This document shows, piece by piece, positions 36,237 to 46,119 of a stretch of DNA of 64,000 bases (position 1 is its first letter; each line of letters begins with the position of its first letter). The translations under genes were made by a program, and so were the position numbers. This stretch comes from Candidatus Rifleibacteriota bacterium. Lineage in GTDB: Bacteria > Muiribacteriota > Ozemobacteria > Ozemobacterales > Ozemobacteraceae. Where the stretch lies: the NCBI GenBank assembly GCA_024710355.1, contig JANJUX010000047.1, positions 2,542 to 66,541 on the forward strand, written 5' to 3'. The notes under the pieces were generated by a model that searched no databases, was not told the DNA's origin, and worked only from the letters and a program-made list of their open reading frames with translations.

Positions 36237-37570
36237 TGCTGCTGTCGTTGCGGCGCAAATTCAGCCATGAGGTCAGGGCCAGGCGCTGGGTAGCTTTTTT
36301 GCTGCTTGGCCTGCTGATGATGTGCTTTGGTTTTGTCTTTGCCTCGCTTTCGACGATTGTGCTGGCTCCGGCCAGTATCGAGACGGTGCGCAGTTTTCAC
36401 CCGCTGGCATTGGCCTTTTCGGCGCTTTCGGCATTTCTGATCAGTTCGTTCTGGCTGTATCGCGGTTTCAGAACCGCATTCAGACTTCTTGACAGCAAAG
36501 ATCACGGGCTTTCAACCCGTCTGCGTGAATTCGTTTTTCAGCGCAGTCAGCCGGCAGAAAAGTTGCTGTCGATGGTGGCGCTCGGGGGCGGCACCGGTCT
36601 GAGCTCTCTGCTCAAGGGTCTTAAAGAGTTGCCGGTAGATCTGACCGCCATTGTTACCGTTACTGATGATGGCGGTTCTTCGGGGCGCCTGCGCAAAGAG
36701 CTGCAGATTCTGCCACCCGGCGATATCCGCAACTGTCTGGTGGCGCTTTCCCGGTCTGAGAGCCTTTTGTCGCGGCTTTTTCAATATCGCTTCGGTGAAG
36801 GCGGCGAGATCGAAGGCCACAGTTTCGGCAATCTTTTCATTGCCGCCATGACCGGTGTAATTGGTGATTTCAGCAGTGCCGTGCGCGAAGCCAGCAGCAT
36901 TCTGGCGATCAAGGGGCATGTAATCCCGGTCACCAACGAGAACGTGCAGCTGGTCGCCAGATTTGAAGACGGCAGCGAAATTACCGGCGAAACTGCAATC
37001 AGCGATGCGCGCCGCCGAATTTTCAGTATCAGCCTCAATCCTGAAGCACCAGCTCCGAATCAGGAGGCTCTGAGTGCCATCGATGACGCCAATATGATCG
37101 TTCTTGGCCCGGGCAGCTTGTTTACCAGTGTTATTCCGAACCTGCTGGTTCCCGGGGTGGCCGAGAGAATCAACAACAGCCATGCTCGTGTCGTTTATAT
37201 CTGCAACGTCATGACTCAGCCCGGCGAAACCGATTCTTTCAATGCCGCCGACCATGTGCGCGCCATTCTCGAAAAGACCACACTGCAGCGAATCGATATC
37301 GTGGTCGTTAATTCGCGGCGCGCTGCCAAACCGCTGATGGCGAGATACGAAAACCGTAATCAGTTCTGGGTGCCGCCAACCGTAAAAAAAATCGAAGATA
37401 TGGGTATAAGAGTGGTCGCTGCCGACATGCTGCTCGAATCAGATATGCTGCGCCATAACCCGAACCTGCTTGCCGCAATTCTCATCGGACTGATCAACGA
37501 GAATGCCGTCGCACCGACAAAAATGGCTGAAAATGCCGAAGACGAAGACGAAAGCTTTTTCGACGACTGA
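36236..37570 (+). CDS. yvcK: Gluconeogenesis factor YvcK/GlmR with N-terminal membrane segments
   Basis: GGGTGLS, TVTDDGGSSG, PPGDIRN, GHSFGNL, GPGSLFTSVIPNL, MTQPGET. Confidence 0.92.
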   Translation: MLLSLRRKFSHEVRARRWVAFLLLGLLMMCFGFVFASLSTIVLAPASIETVRSFHPLALAFSALSAFLISSFWLYRGFRTAFRLLDSKDHGLSTRLREFVFQRSQPAEKLLSMVALGGGTGLSSLLKGLKELPVDLTAIVTVTDDGGSSGRLRKELQILPPGDIRNCLVALSRSESLLSRLFQYRFGEGGEIEGHSFGNLFIAAMTGVIGDFSSAVREASSILAIKGHVIPVTNENVQLVARFEDGSEITGETAISDARRRIFSISLNPEAPAPNQEALSAIDDANMIVLGPGSLFTSVIPNLLVPGVAERINNSHARVVYICNVMTQPGETDSFNAADHVRAILEKTTLQRIDIVVVNSRRAAKPLMARYENRNQFWVPPTVKKIEDMGIRVVAADMLLESDMLRHNPNLLAAILIGLINENAVAPTKMAENAEDEDESFFDD

Positions 37571-37583
37571 TGGGTGCAAGTAA

Positions 37584-38480
37584 ATGAGCAGATTTGATTA
37601 TACCGCCGCCACCAGGCGCGAACTGGTCAGTCTTATTCGCAGCAATAAACTTTTCTGCTGTCAGCAGTCTTTCCTCGTCGGTCTGCTGCATGGCTCGCGC
37701 CTGACTCCATTCGCCCGTGCCCGCAAAAACCTGCGCCGGCGCCTGGCGAACTGCCTTCAGTCCATTCTCCCCGACAGTCAGAAAATTATCTGCCGGGGTG
37801 CCAGAATATGGTTGCCCGGTCTCGATCAGCTGTTTCTGCGCGAGAAATTTGTCGATCGCATGCGCATCGTTTCAGGGGCAAGTCGGGTAAGCCATTGTCA
37901 CGTGGCTTTTCTTCAGGGTCTCTTTGTCGCACATGGCTACATTCAGAGCCCGAGTCGCGGTTATCATCTCGAATTCCGTCTGCAGGGAAGCTGGCTGGCC
38001 GCGGCTTTCAGAAAAGTCGCTGCCGGTCTGCGCCTCAAATTCTGCTTCTATCAGCACGAACAATACAAAAGTTTTTACCTCAAAAGCGGCAGGCGCATTG
38101 CCAGGCTGCTGAACCTGCTGGGACTGTTCGAACGTGGGCTTGAATTTTCTGACCTTCTGGCAACGCGAAACCTGCTTTCACAGGTAAACCGCCAGGTCAA
38201 TTCAGAAACTGCCAATATCAACCGTCTGATCAATGCTGCTGAGTCTTCAATTGCTCACATTCGCGAACTGCTGACCTGGGAAGACCAGGAAATCTGGACG
38301 GAAAGCCTGCATCAGATGGCGCAGATGCGTCTCAGATACCCACACGACAGCATTGAAAGCCTCGGAAAAAGATTTGAGCCGCCCCTGACCAAATCAGCGG
38401 TCAACCATCGTCTGCGGCGCATTAAAGCGCTGCATGCCAAAATTTTCAGCCAGACAGTCGATCGCTCTCAGCCTTCGTGA
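37584..38480 (+). CDS. whiA: DNA-binding protein WhiA
   Basis: CCQQSFL, YHLEF, YLKSG, VNRQVNSETANI, C-terminal HTH LTKSAVNHRLRRI. Confidence 0.9.
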   Translation: MSRFDYTAATRRELVSLIRSNKLFCCQQSFLVGLLHGSRLTPFARARKNLRRRLANCLQSILPDSQKIICRGARIWLPGLDQLFLREKFVDRMRIVSGASRVSHCHVAFLQGLFVAHGYIQSPSRGYHLEFRLQGSWLAAAFRKVAAGLRLKFCFYQHEQYKSFYLKSGRRIARLLNLLGLFERGLEFSDLLATRNLLSQVNRQVNSETANINRLINAAESSIAHIRELLTWEDQEIWTESLHQMAQMRLRYPHDSIESLGKRFEPPLTKSAVNHRLRRIKALHAKIFSQTVDRSQPS

Positions 38481-40651
38481 ATTTTGCGGGAATAAAGCAG
38501 CAGAGCGGCAAAATTCAGCGACAGTATCAGACACAGCAGAGCGAAACAGTTCTGCATGCCAAAGGCCGGCAGCAGCCAGAGACCACTGAGAGTTCCGACC
38601 AGCATTGCGCCGGCGCTGTCAGAAAACAGCAGCAATCCGGCTGAATCGTGGGCCTGCCGACCGCTGCCCCGCAGTATGCTGTCGGCAACCGGAAACTCGA
38701 TGCCGTCGAGAAAAGCGATGAGAAAGACCATTGCCCCAACAACCGCTGCCGAGTGCAGGTTGTAGCGTTCGACGAACAATATGCCCAGACCGGTAAAAAC
38801 AATCTGCAGCAGCTTAACGTGCTTGAGCCTTCTGATGGCTTCTGGGCGGTGCTGCAGCCGGCCAAAGGTCATCGAACCAGTTGCCAGGCCAAGCATGTAG
38901 AGCCCGAAAAACAGCGCGGTCATCTGGTATGCAGCGCCATGGCGGTTTTGATAGAGCAAAATGAGAATTATTTCAGACAGCAAACCGGTTGCGCCGCTGG
39001 CGGCGACCCCGGCGGCAATGATACTGCGTGAAGCCAGAACCGGGCTGGCGACCAGCGGCAGCAACATCAAAAACAGGCCGAAACCTGTGCAGATGGCGAA
39101 CAGGTGGGTGCGGGATGTGTGTTGCAGAACGTGCAGCATACGGTTCAGTGAAGTGCCGCTGTAGATGTTCCAGAGTTCGAGCTGTTGCATGAAAGTACCG
39201 GGGCGGGCGTCGGTATTGAGATCGACTTTTACATCTTTCGCCAGCCATTGTTCGAGTTCTTTGACGCGAAAGGGCATCAGCAGATTATAAAAGCTCATCG
39301 GCATAAAGGTGGTCGTCTGAATGCCACGCCCGGCAAACCTCGTGGCCAGAACTTTGACATCAGTTGTGACCGGTGCCGGTGAGGCAAAAAAGGTAATGTT
39401 GCTGCCCGGAAAAGCGACGCAGTGAGCGAATTGCGCTTTCAGGGCCTGCCAGGTCGACAGCATAATTTTTTCTTTGATGTTGCCGAGGTAATTTTCGCTA
39501 CCCTCGACCTGCAGAGAAAGAACCCCGGTCGGCTTGAGCCGGCCCTGCATTGCCTTGAAGGCTTCGACGGTGAAAAGTCGGTTGCCTACAAGCGTTACCG
39601 GCGAGACCGGGCAGATCATGATACCGTCGAAAACCTCGTTTTCGTGGTTGAGGTACTGGCGTGGGTCAGTGATGATTATTCTGATCAACTGCCGCAGCTG
39701 ACTGTCGTAACCGAGCAGGTCGAAAAGTCTGCCGTCAGGCTCTACAACAGTAAGCCTCAGGTTCTGATATTTGAGAAATTCCCTGACGGTTTCAGCTGAT
39801 GGTGCACCAATGAGCAGAATATTGCCGGTTTCTGACAGAACTGTCGCAAAAGTGTGCACTCTGGCTTCGCTGCTTTCAGGGTTTGGCCATGAATCTGCGA
39901 GCATGCCATTTGAAAAGAGGCTTTTTTGCTCATGATAACCGGCAATCTGCAGCTTCTGATACGGTGTTTCTACAGTCTTTTCAAGGGTCAGCAACCCTTG
40001 CATGCGCTGCCACCAGGAGTTTTCGATTTTATGAGAAACCGATGGCCCAAAATGCCAGACTAGAGGCGCCAGCGTCAGAGTCAGCAGAGCTGGCAGCAAT
40101 TTTTTCCGGCTGATCAGTGTCTCTGCCGCGATTGGCAAGAGCGGCAGAGCAAGCAGGCAGAGAATCGAATCGGCGGTGCCGCCAAGCAGCAGCGAGAAAA
40201 AGACACCACCGGCAAAGCCACCAATCGCCTCAAGACTGTAAAAGTAGCCGAGGCTTTTATGCGAAAGTCTTATCAGACAAGGAATCAACATGCCGATCAG
40301 CAGAGAAACCGGGGTGACAGATGCAAGCATGAACAGAGCAACCGGCGCAAATGGCAGAAAACCGCCCTCCGGCGCCGGAACCATGTCGACACCATAGTAC
40401 AGTGCGCCAACTGACATGAGAGGCAGAACAAACAGTGCGGCGAGAAGCAGCCTCGGACTGATGCTGATTTTACCGCCAATGAAGCCGCCAATGGCGATTC
40501 CGAGCAGCCAGATACTCAAAAACAGCCCGAGATGAATTTCAGTGCCATAAAACTGGCCCATGAAAAACCTGAACAGGGCAACCTGGGCAATATTGGCGGT
40601 AAATCCGGTAAAAGCTGCAATCAGAGAAAGTTTATGAAGATGATGCAGCAT
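38468..40651 (-). CDS. Membrane-bound spermidine-synthase-like protein (fused MFS/SAM-dependent domain)
   Basis: About 7 N-terminal TM helices, ETPYQKLQI, central methyltransferase-like domain (DPRQYL, FTVEAF..M...L.P.G), NTDARP, further C-terminal TMs. Confidence 0.78.
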   Translation of the reverse strand: MLHHLHKLSLIAAFTGFTANIAQVALFRFFMGQFYGTEIHLGLFLSIWLLGIAIGGFIGGKISISPRLLLAALFVLPLMSVGALYYGVDMVPAPEGGFLPFAPVALFMLASVTPVSLLIGMLIPCLIRLSHKSLGYFYSLEAIGGFAGGVFFSLLLGGTADSILCLLALPLLPIAAETLISRKKLLPALLTLTLAPLVWHFGPSVSHKIENSWWQRMQGLLTLEKTVETPYQKLQIAGYHEQKSLFSNGMLADSWPNPESSEARVHTFATVLSETGNILLIGAPSAETVREFLKYQNLRLTVVEPDGRLFDLLGYDSQLRQLIRIIITDPRQYLNHENEVFDGIMICPVSPVTLVGNRLFTVEAFKAMQGRLKPTGVLSLQVEGSENYLGNIKEKIMLSTWQALKAQFAHCVAFPGSNITFFASPAPVTTDVKVLATRFAGRGIQTTTFMPMSFYNLLMPFRVKELEQWLAKDVKVDLNTDARPGTFMQQLELWNIYSGTSLNRMLHVLQHTSRTHLFAICTGFGLFLMLLPLVASPVLASRSIIAAGVAASGATGLLSEIILILLYQNRHGAAYQMTALFFGLYMLGLATGSMTFGRLQHRPEAIRRLKHVKLLQIVFTGLGILFVERYNLHSAAVVGAMVFLIAFLDGIEFPVADSILRGSGRQAHDSAGLLLFSDSAGAMLVGTLSGLWLLPAFGMQNCFALLCLILSLNFAALLLYSRKIHEG

Positions 40652-40652
40652 C

Positions 40653-41531
40653 TCAGTCGGTGAGGTGGCGGCCGGTTCTGGTGATTTTGCGGATCTGCTG
40701 CAGCTCTTTGCTTGCCGGCTGATCCTGAAAGTCGATGACGCTGCCGCGGCACTGAATTTCGATCGCTTCTTCGTTGTAGCGGCGCAGGCCCTGAATGGCC
40801 TTGATTTCGATCGCTTTGACCGAGTAATTCATTGTGTAAGGGTAGCCCTCGTCATTGATGCCCCAGCTTTGCTCGGTTTCCATGCCGGCCATTTTCTCGG
40901 TCTTCAGCATTGGCTGCAGAATCTGGCCGTCGACCAGATCATTGGTGCAGTCGCGGATAAAATACGAGAGAAATTTGCCGGGCGAATAGGCGTTGTTCTT
41001 GCTGTTATCGGGCGAAATGTATTTTTCAGGCAGCGCGCCCGGGGCCAGGCCGGGTGCCAGATAGCGGTAGTTCGGGTTATAAAAGCTGGCGAGGCGCAAC
41101 ATGGCTTCGGGTTCACTGCCGGCCATTTTTAGCGGAATGTAGAAAAATTTTACGCGGCCGCTGGCATCTGATTCGGCCGGGATAATGCGCTTATAAACGC
41201 CTGAATATGAGGGCAGTTCCTGGAAGGCCGGCTTGTTGTCGTCGGTTCTGAATGGGAACTCGGAAAAATCGAAATAGGGGTTCTTGCCCTGCATGAATTC
41301 AACCGCATCGTAGAGTTCAGTCGGAAAAAGCCTGGCTTTTAAGAGAAAATGCTGCATGGCGGCGCGCGCCGCAAAATAGGCCTGCTGGTCGCGCAGATTC
41401 AGCTTGTTGCGCCCGGCAACACTGCGGTGTTGAAAAGACATTGACGCAAAAAGCACCAGCAGCAGAACAGAAAAAATCAGCACGATGATAATCGCCATGC
41501 CTTCGCGGCGGTTTTGCTTTTTGTTAAACAT
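40653..41531 (-). CDS. PilX/GspK-like prepilin protein
   Basis: RREG|MAIIIVLIFSVLL; QAYFAARAAMQH. Confidence 0.72.
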   Translation of the reverse strand: MFNKKQNRREGMAIIIVLIFSVLLLVLFASMSFQHRSVAGRNKLNLRDQQAYFAARAAMQHFLLKARLFPTELYDAVEFMQGKNPYFDFSEFPFRTDDNKPAFQELPSYSGVYKRIIPAESDASGRVKFFYIPLKMAGSEPEAMLRLASFYNPNYRYLAPGLAPGALPEKYISPDNSKNNAYSPGKFLSYFIRDCTNDLVDGQILQPMLKTEKMAGMETEQSWGINDEGYPYTMNYSVKAIEIKAIQGLRRYNEEAIEIQCRGSVIDFQDQPASKELQQIRKITRTGRHLTD

Positions 41532-42468
41532 CGATATCAGCCTTGATGGTCATCAGATGAATGCGGCGCATGCCTGAGCCGGTCTTTTCGGGGTCTTTAA
41601 GGTTTGGTTTGTCGATGTTCCACTGCACTTCGATGATCAGGCGCTTCAGACCGCAATATTGAAAGTCGTCGTTGTTTGTATAGCTGACTTTGGTTTTGGC
41701 CATGCGCTGGGTCATGCGGGTCGCCGTGGGGTTTACGAACCTGAAGGCATCGGTCTGATACTTGTCATAACCCTGGTCGAGGTAGAAATTTTCGTGATTT
41801 TCCGAGACTTTGCCGGGCAGTTCGGTTTCGAACCTGAATTCTCCAGCCTTGGGAAGCATGCCGACCGGGTTGGGCAGGTAAACGCGCTGGTGCCAGCTCT
41901 GGCTCAGCAGCTTCGCCGGGTTTTTCAGGTAAGAAAAGGTGGGCTCGCCGGTGCCGATCGCTGCAAAGTCTTTTGGTGCTTTACCCGGGTAGTCGGTGCC
42001 GATCTGCTTTACAGGTGGTTTTTCATCTTTCGAGGCCGTGGGAGAGGTAATGTCTTCGACGCGCAAAGTAATTTTATAATACTGGCCGCGCGGGTCGTTG
42101 ATGACGTTCTGGCACGGATACCCGGCCGAGGTTTTTTCACTGCCCGGAAAAACCGTGTGAATGAACTTGGCGGCCCAGGCATCGTCAAAGCGTTCGTAGC
42201 CATCGACAGTTTTAAGGTCTTCGACTTTGATATAGGCCGGCACACCGGCGCGCAGCGCCTGAAACGGCACGTTATCGAGCATGGCATTGAGAATTTCTGA
42301 AGCCCGGCTGATCGCGAACATGCGCGAAACGTTAAAGTCAGTATCTGTGGCGCCTTTGCTCATGAAATAGAAGATGGGTACCATGGTTGCGGCGAGTATC
42401 GCCATGGCAAGAATGACTTCGATCAGCGTGAAGGCTGCAGATGATTGCTTTATTTTTTTTCCGGGCAT
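41524..42468 (-). CDS. Prepilin-like protein (PilV/GspI-like)
   Basis: SSAA|FTLIEVILAMAIL; GLKRLIIEVQW; LMTIKADI. Confidence 0.82.
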   Translation of the reverse strand: MPGKKIKQSSAAFTLIEVILAMAILAATMVPIFYFMSKGATDTDFNVSRMFAISRASEILNAMLDNVPFQALRAGVPAYIKVEDLKTVDGYERFDDAWAAKFIHTVFPGSEKTSAGYPCQNVINDPRGQYYKITLRVEDITSPTASKDEKPPVKQIGTDYPGKAPKDFAAIGTGEPTFSYLKNPAKLLSQSWHQRVYLPNPVGMLPKAGEFRFETELPGKVSENHENFYLDQGYDKYQTDAFRFVNPTATRMTQRMAKTKVSYTNNDDFQYCGLKRLIIEVQWNIDKPNLKDPEKTGSGMRRIHLMTIKADIDV

Positions 42469-42598
42469 ATTATTAGAGATAAGTTAACAGAAAAACGCAC
42501 CGTCTGGCAACAATTGTGTAACCGGGCAGGCTTTTCAGGCGTATATTTAATGAAAACTCAAGACCGCAAAAATATACGCAGTAACAGGTAATAAAGTA

Positions 42599-43750
42599 AT
42601 GAATAAAAACAACATCTGGTCTCTGAACCGGCGCCGGTTTCTGCAATGCTCAGCAGTTGCGGCAGCCGGCTCTCTTCTCGGCAACCCGGCAAAAATTCTG
42701 GCAGCAAGTGGCGAAAGCAGTTTCCCGGCCGAGTATATCAGAAAACTCGATAATGGCAGCCTGCAGTGTGGTCTCTGCCCGAATGCCTGTGTGCCGGGCG
42801 AAGGTCAGAATGGCACCTGCCGCGCCCGAGGCCTGCGCGACGGAAAATATGTCAGCCTTGTCTACGGCCTGCCATGCGTTCTTGCCATCGACCCGGTCGA
42901 GAAGATGCCGCTGTTTCATTACCATGTTCACAGCCCGGCGATGTCGATTTCGACTGCCGGTTGCAACCTTGCCTGTCAATATTGCCAGAACTGGCAGTTC
43001 TCACAGAAAACTCCGGGCGAGACCTCGAATTTCGCGTTCAAGCCCGAAGAGGTGATTGTGCGGGCCCTTGATTTTCAGGTGCAGAGCATCGGCTTCTTCT
43101 ATACCGAACCGATCATCTACATCGAGTTCATGAAGGATATCGCCCGGCTGGCCCGCAAGAGCAATCTCAAAACCATCATGGTGACCGCCGGCTATATAGA
43201 GCCTGAGCCGTTGCACGATCTGTTCGAGCTGATCGACATGTTTGTCGTCGGCTACAAAGGCTTTACCGAAGATTTCTATAAAGAGGTCATCGGTGGCAGC
43301 CTTGAACCGGTCAAAAATACGCTCAAGCTGATCAAAAACTCAGGGCGGCATCTCGAAGTGGTGTCGTTGCTGATTCCGGGCAAAAATGACAGTGAGGAGC
43401 ACCTCAAGACCGGCATCGACTGGTTCGCCAATAACCTCGGCCCCGATGTTCCATGGCATTTTTCGCGGTTTGTACCGGAATTTATGCTGAAAAATCTGCC
43501 GCCGACCCCCAACACCGTGCTCGAAAATGCCCGAAAAATGGCGATGCAGGCCGGCATCAAATTCGTCTATACCGGCAACAATCCTGGCCAGGAAGGCAAC
43601 CATACCTACTGCCCCGGCTGCGGCAAAAAAGTCGTCGAGCGCCTTGGTTTCAAGGTCATGCGCAGCCACCTGACCCGTGGCAAATGCCCCGACTGCAATT
43701 ACCAGATGCCTGGCATCTGGCTCGATGATCTGCCAAACGGCAATATCTGA
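42599..43750 (+). CDS. AmmeMemoRadiSam-type radical SAM enzyme with twin-arginine signal
   Basis: NRRRFLQ..A..A Tat motif; CGLCPNAC; DPVEKMPLFHY; CNLACQYCQNW; YTEP; YTGN; C-terminal CPGC...CPDC. Confidence 0.88.
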   Translation: MNKNNIWSLNRRRFLQCSAVAAAGSLLGNPAKILAASGESSFPAEYIRKLDNGSLQCGLCPNACVPGEGQNGTCRARGLRDGKYVSLVYGLPCVLAIDPVEKMPLFHYHVHSPAMSISTAGCNLACQYCQNWQFSQKTPGETSNFAFKPEEVIVRALDFQVQSIGFFYTEPIIYIEFMKDIARLARKSNLKTIMVTAGYIEPEPLHDLFELIDMFVVGYKGFTEDFYKEVIGGSLEPVKNTLKLIKNSGRHLEVVSLLIPGKNDSEEHLKTGIDWFANNLGPDVPWHFSRFVPEFMLKNLPPTPNTVLENARKMAMQAGIKFVYTGNNPGQEGNHTYCPGCGKKVVERLGFKVMRSHLTRGKCPDCNYQMPGIWLDDLPNGNI

Positions 43751-43828
43751 TCGGGTATTCGGACCGGCCATCTGTTTGCTTATGCGAGATTTATTTGAAG
43801 AATTGAAGCTTGAGAGCAGGAGGAAAGT

Positions 43829-45046
43829 ATGAAAAAGCTGTTTATAATACTGGCACTGGCGATGTTTCTGCCCGTGTCAACTTTGCGGGCGGCAGACAAT
43901 TACATCGATAAGATGGGTGATCTCGTCGAAGAAATCTCTCTGCTCAACGTTCTGCGCGGCATTTATCTCAACGAACAGCAGGCCCGGCGCATTGCCGAAC
44001 TGGCAGCTGAGGCCGAAAAACTGCGCAGCGATGCCCGCGCTGAAGTTGAAAAACTTGCAGCTCTGCCAGCGTTTTCACAATTGCGTGACGAGCTTTATAC
44101 CGCCCTCGCAGAAAATCCCCCGGCGGTTCGTGCTAAGGTTGTCGAGCTTGACAATCAGGCCCACCAGATTACCGGTGCAGTTCTGCATAAAATTGCCTTA
44201 ATGGAAGATGAAATTAAAACGATGCTCAGCCACGGCCAGCAGAATATCTTCTGGAGCTTTGTACCCTGCATCGTTCCTGAAGTCGATTTCGAAAACCCGG
44301 TAAGAACCGGTCAGGCCGCCGCCAGCAGCCGCCTGATGCCAGCCTGTGAACTGATCAGAAACACGTCCGAAGAAATGTGGAAAAAGCATGGTCAGGCCTA
44401 TCTCGATCATATTCTCAAGGTAATCGAGCAGGACGCCGGCAAAATGACCGAGGATACGCGCGAAGACCTGCGTCGGCGCCTGGTCAAACATGCCTGGAAG
44501 ATCAGAAAAATGAAAGAAGCCGATTACATGATCAATCGCGACAAACTCGCCGAAGAATTGCTGCTGATTAACCGCGAACATACCATGCGCAGTGGTTTCA
44601 GAATTACCGGCAAGCTCGCCAGATTCTTTCTTTCGCCCGCCGCCGCCCGCGTCATGCCGAAGTGGATCGAAACCCATTTTGCTTCCGGTACTGCCTCTGG
44701 TTCTGTTGTGCCTGCAGCCAGGACTGAACCCGACAAGAGCGCCGATGATAAAAATGTTGCGCCTGCCGCCGCTCAACCGGCTGCTGCCGATCAGAGCATG
44801 GCACCCGCAGATGCTGATGTTGACCGCGAATTCTGGGAAAAGCTGGTGCCGAAATCACTGGCCCGTCTCAGCGAAACCCCATATTATGATCACATTCTGC
44901 ATGCCTACGGGAAACCCCTCAGTCGGAGCCTTTTTGACGAAGAAAACAAATATGTCGAAACGCTGAAGCTGTTAAAAGAGGCCGGCGTTATTCTCACTCG
45001 CGACGGCGACCTTAAATACTACACCCTCACTCAGGGCGAACCCTGA
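43829..45046 (+). CDS. Secreted alpha-helical hypothetical protein
   Basis: MKKLFIILALAMFLPVSTLRA signal; GGAGG RBS. Confidence 0.75.
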   Translation: MKKLFIILALAMFLPVSTLRAADNYIDKMGDLVEEISLLNVLRGIYLNEQQARRIAELAAEAEKLRSDARAEVEKLAALPAFSQLRDELYTALAENPPAVRAKVVELDNQAHQITGAVLHKIALMEDEIKTMLSHGQQNIFWSFVPCIVPEVDFENPVRTGQAAASSRLMPACELIRNTSEEMWKKHGQAYLDHILKVIEQDAGKMTEDTREDLRRRLVKHAWKIRKMKEADYMINRDKLAEELLLINREHTMRSGFRITGKLARFFLSPAAARVMPKWIETHFASGTASGSVVPAARTEPDKSADDKNVAPAAAQPAAADQSMAPADADVDREFWEKLVPKSLARLSETPYYDHILHAYGKPLSRSLFDEENKYVETLKLLKEAGVILTRDGDLKYYTLTQGEP

Positions 45047-45049
45047 TAT

Positions 45050-46045
45050 TTACTTCATTCTGATCTGAACGGGGCCTTTTTCGGTGCCGACGAGCAGGTT
45101 GCCGCTTTCGTCGAGGGCGAGCGCCGTGATCTTGCTGCCCGGCAGCCCATCAGCTTCGTTGATAAGCTCTCCGGGTTCATCGATGCTCCAGAGCTGCAGG
45201 CCGACCGGACTGCCCAGCCAGACTCTATCGCCCTGACGCTGTAGAAAATTGACCGGAAGGGCTCTGATTCCTTCAGCCCGGCCGCGCAGCGACCATTTTT
45301 TGCCATCGAACAGAGCCAGTCCGCGACTGGTGCCGGCAACGACCATGTCGTCTATATAATCGCTGACGCTGAAGGCTTCGCGGGCCGGGAATTCGGGATA
45401 CAGCCAGGTATCGACATTGAGCTCGAAATTTGATTTCAGCTCGGTGCGGAGCCGCACAATACCGTTGGCGGTGCCGATCCACAGGTGGGTTTTCTGCATG
45501 AATGAACTTTGCAAAGCGTTTTCGAACAGGTGCAGCACCTTGTTGTATGATTTGAAAGTCGGATTTACCAGATATACCAGCCGCGAAAGGCCATGATATC
45601 TGTGACCGAACCAGATGTTCTCGTCGGGGTCTACATGGATATCGACGACTTCATTGTTCAGCAGTCCGACTGCATCTGGTTCACGAAATTTTTCCCATTT
45701 GCTGCCGTCGAATTTTAGAATGCCCAGGTCTTTCGAAGGCGCTGTCTGTGACACCCAGATATCTTCATTCACGATGCCGATGTCAGAGATGGTTCCTTCT
45801 TCTGCCAGAGGTGAATTGACTGGCGAGAATTCAATAACTTCGTCATTGGCTTTTTGAATGAACAGCCGGTGCTGAAATCCCCATGCTTTGATGCCATTGT
45901 TGCCGGCAACGGCGTAGACCTGGTTGTCCGCCGCTGATACAGGAAGCTTTACCGGCGTGATAATTATGTTGTCGGGTTTTTCAGCATGCGCCGGCAAACA
46001 TGTGATTAACACGAGATAAATCAGAGAAAGAATTTTCCGGTGCAT
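45050..46045 (-). CDS. Secreted beta-propeller protein (two-component regulator propeller-like repeats)
   Basis: Repeats such as LLNNEVVDIHVDPDENIWFG, LWIGTANG, LPGSKITALALDESGNLLVGT; signal peptide from the ATG at 46045. Confidence 0.78.
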   Translation of the reverse strand: MHRKILSLIYLVLITCLPAHAEKPDNIIITPVKLPVSAADNQVYAVAGNNGIKAWGFQHRLFIQKANDEVIEFSPVNSPLAEEGTISDIGIVNEDIWVSQTAPSKDLGILKFDGSKWEKFREPDAVGLLNNEVVDIHVDPDENIWFGHRYHGLSRLVYLVNPTFKSYNKVLHLFENALQSSFMQKTHLWIGTANGIVRLRTELKSNFELNVDTWLYPEFPAREAFSVSDYIDDMVVAGTSRGLALFDGKKWSLRGRAEGIRALPVNFLQRQGDRVWLGSPVGLQLWSIDEPGELINEADGLPGSKITALALDESGNLLVGTEKGPVQIRMK

Positions 46046-46119
46046 GGAACTTCTCCTGCGGGCGAAATAAAAAGCCTCTGTGGCGATTGTCGCCACAGAG
46101 GCTATCATGACATCAGGGG

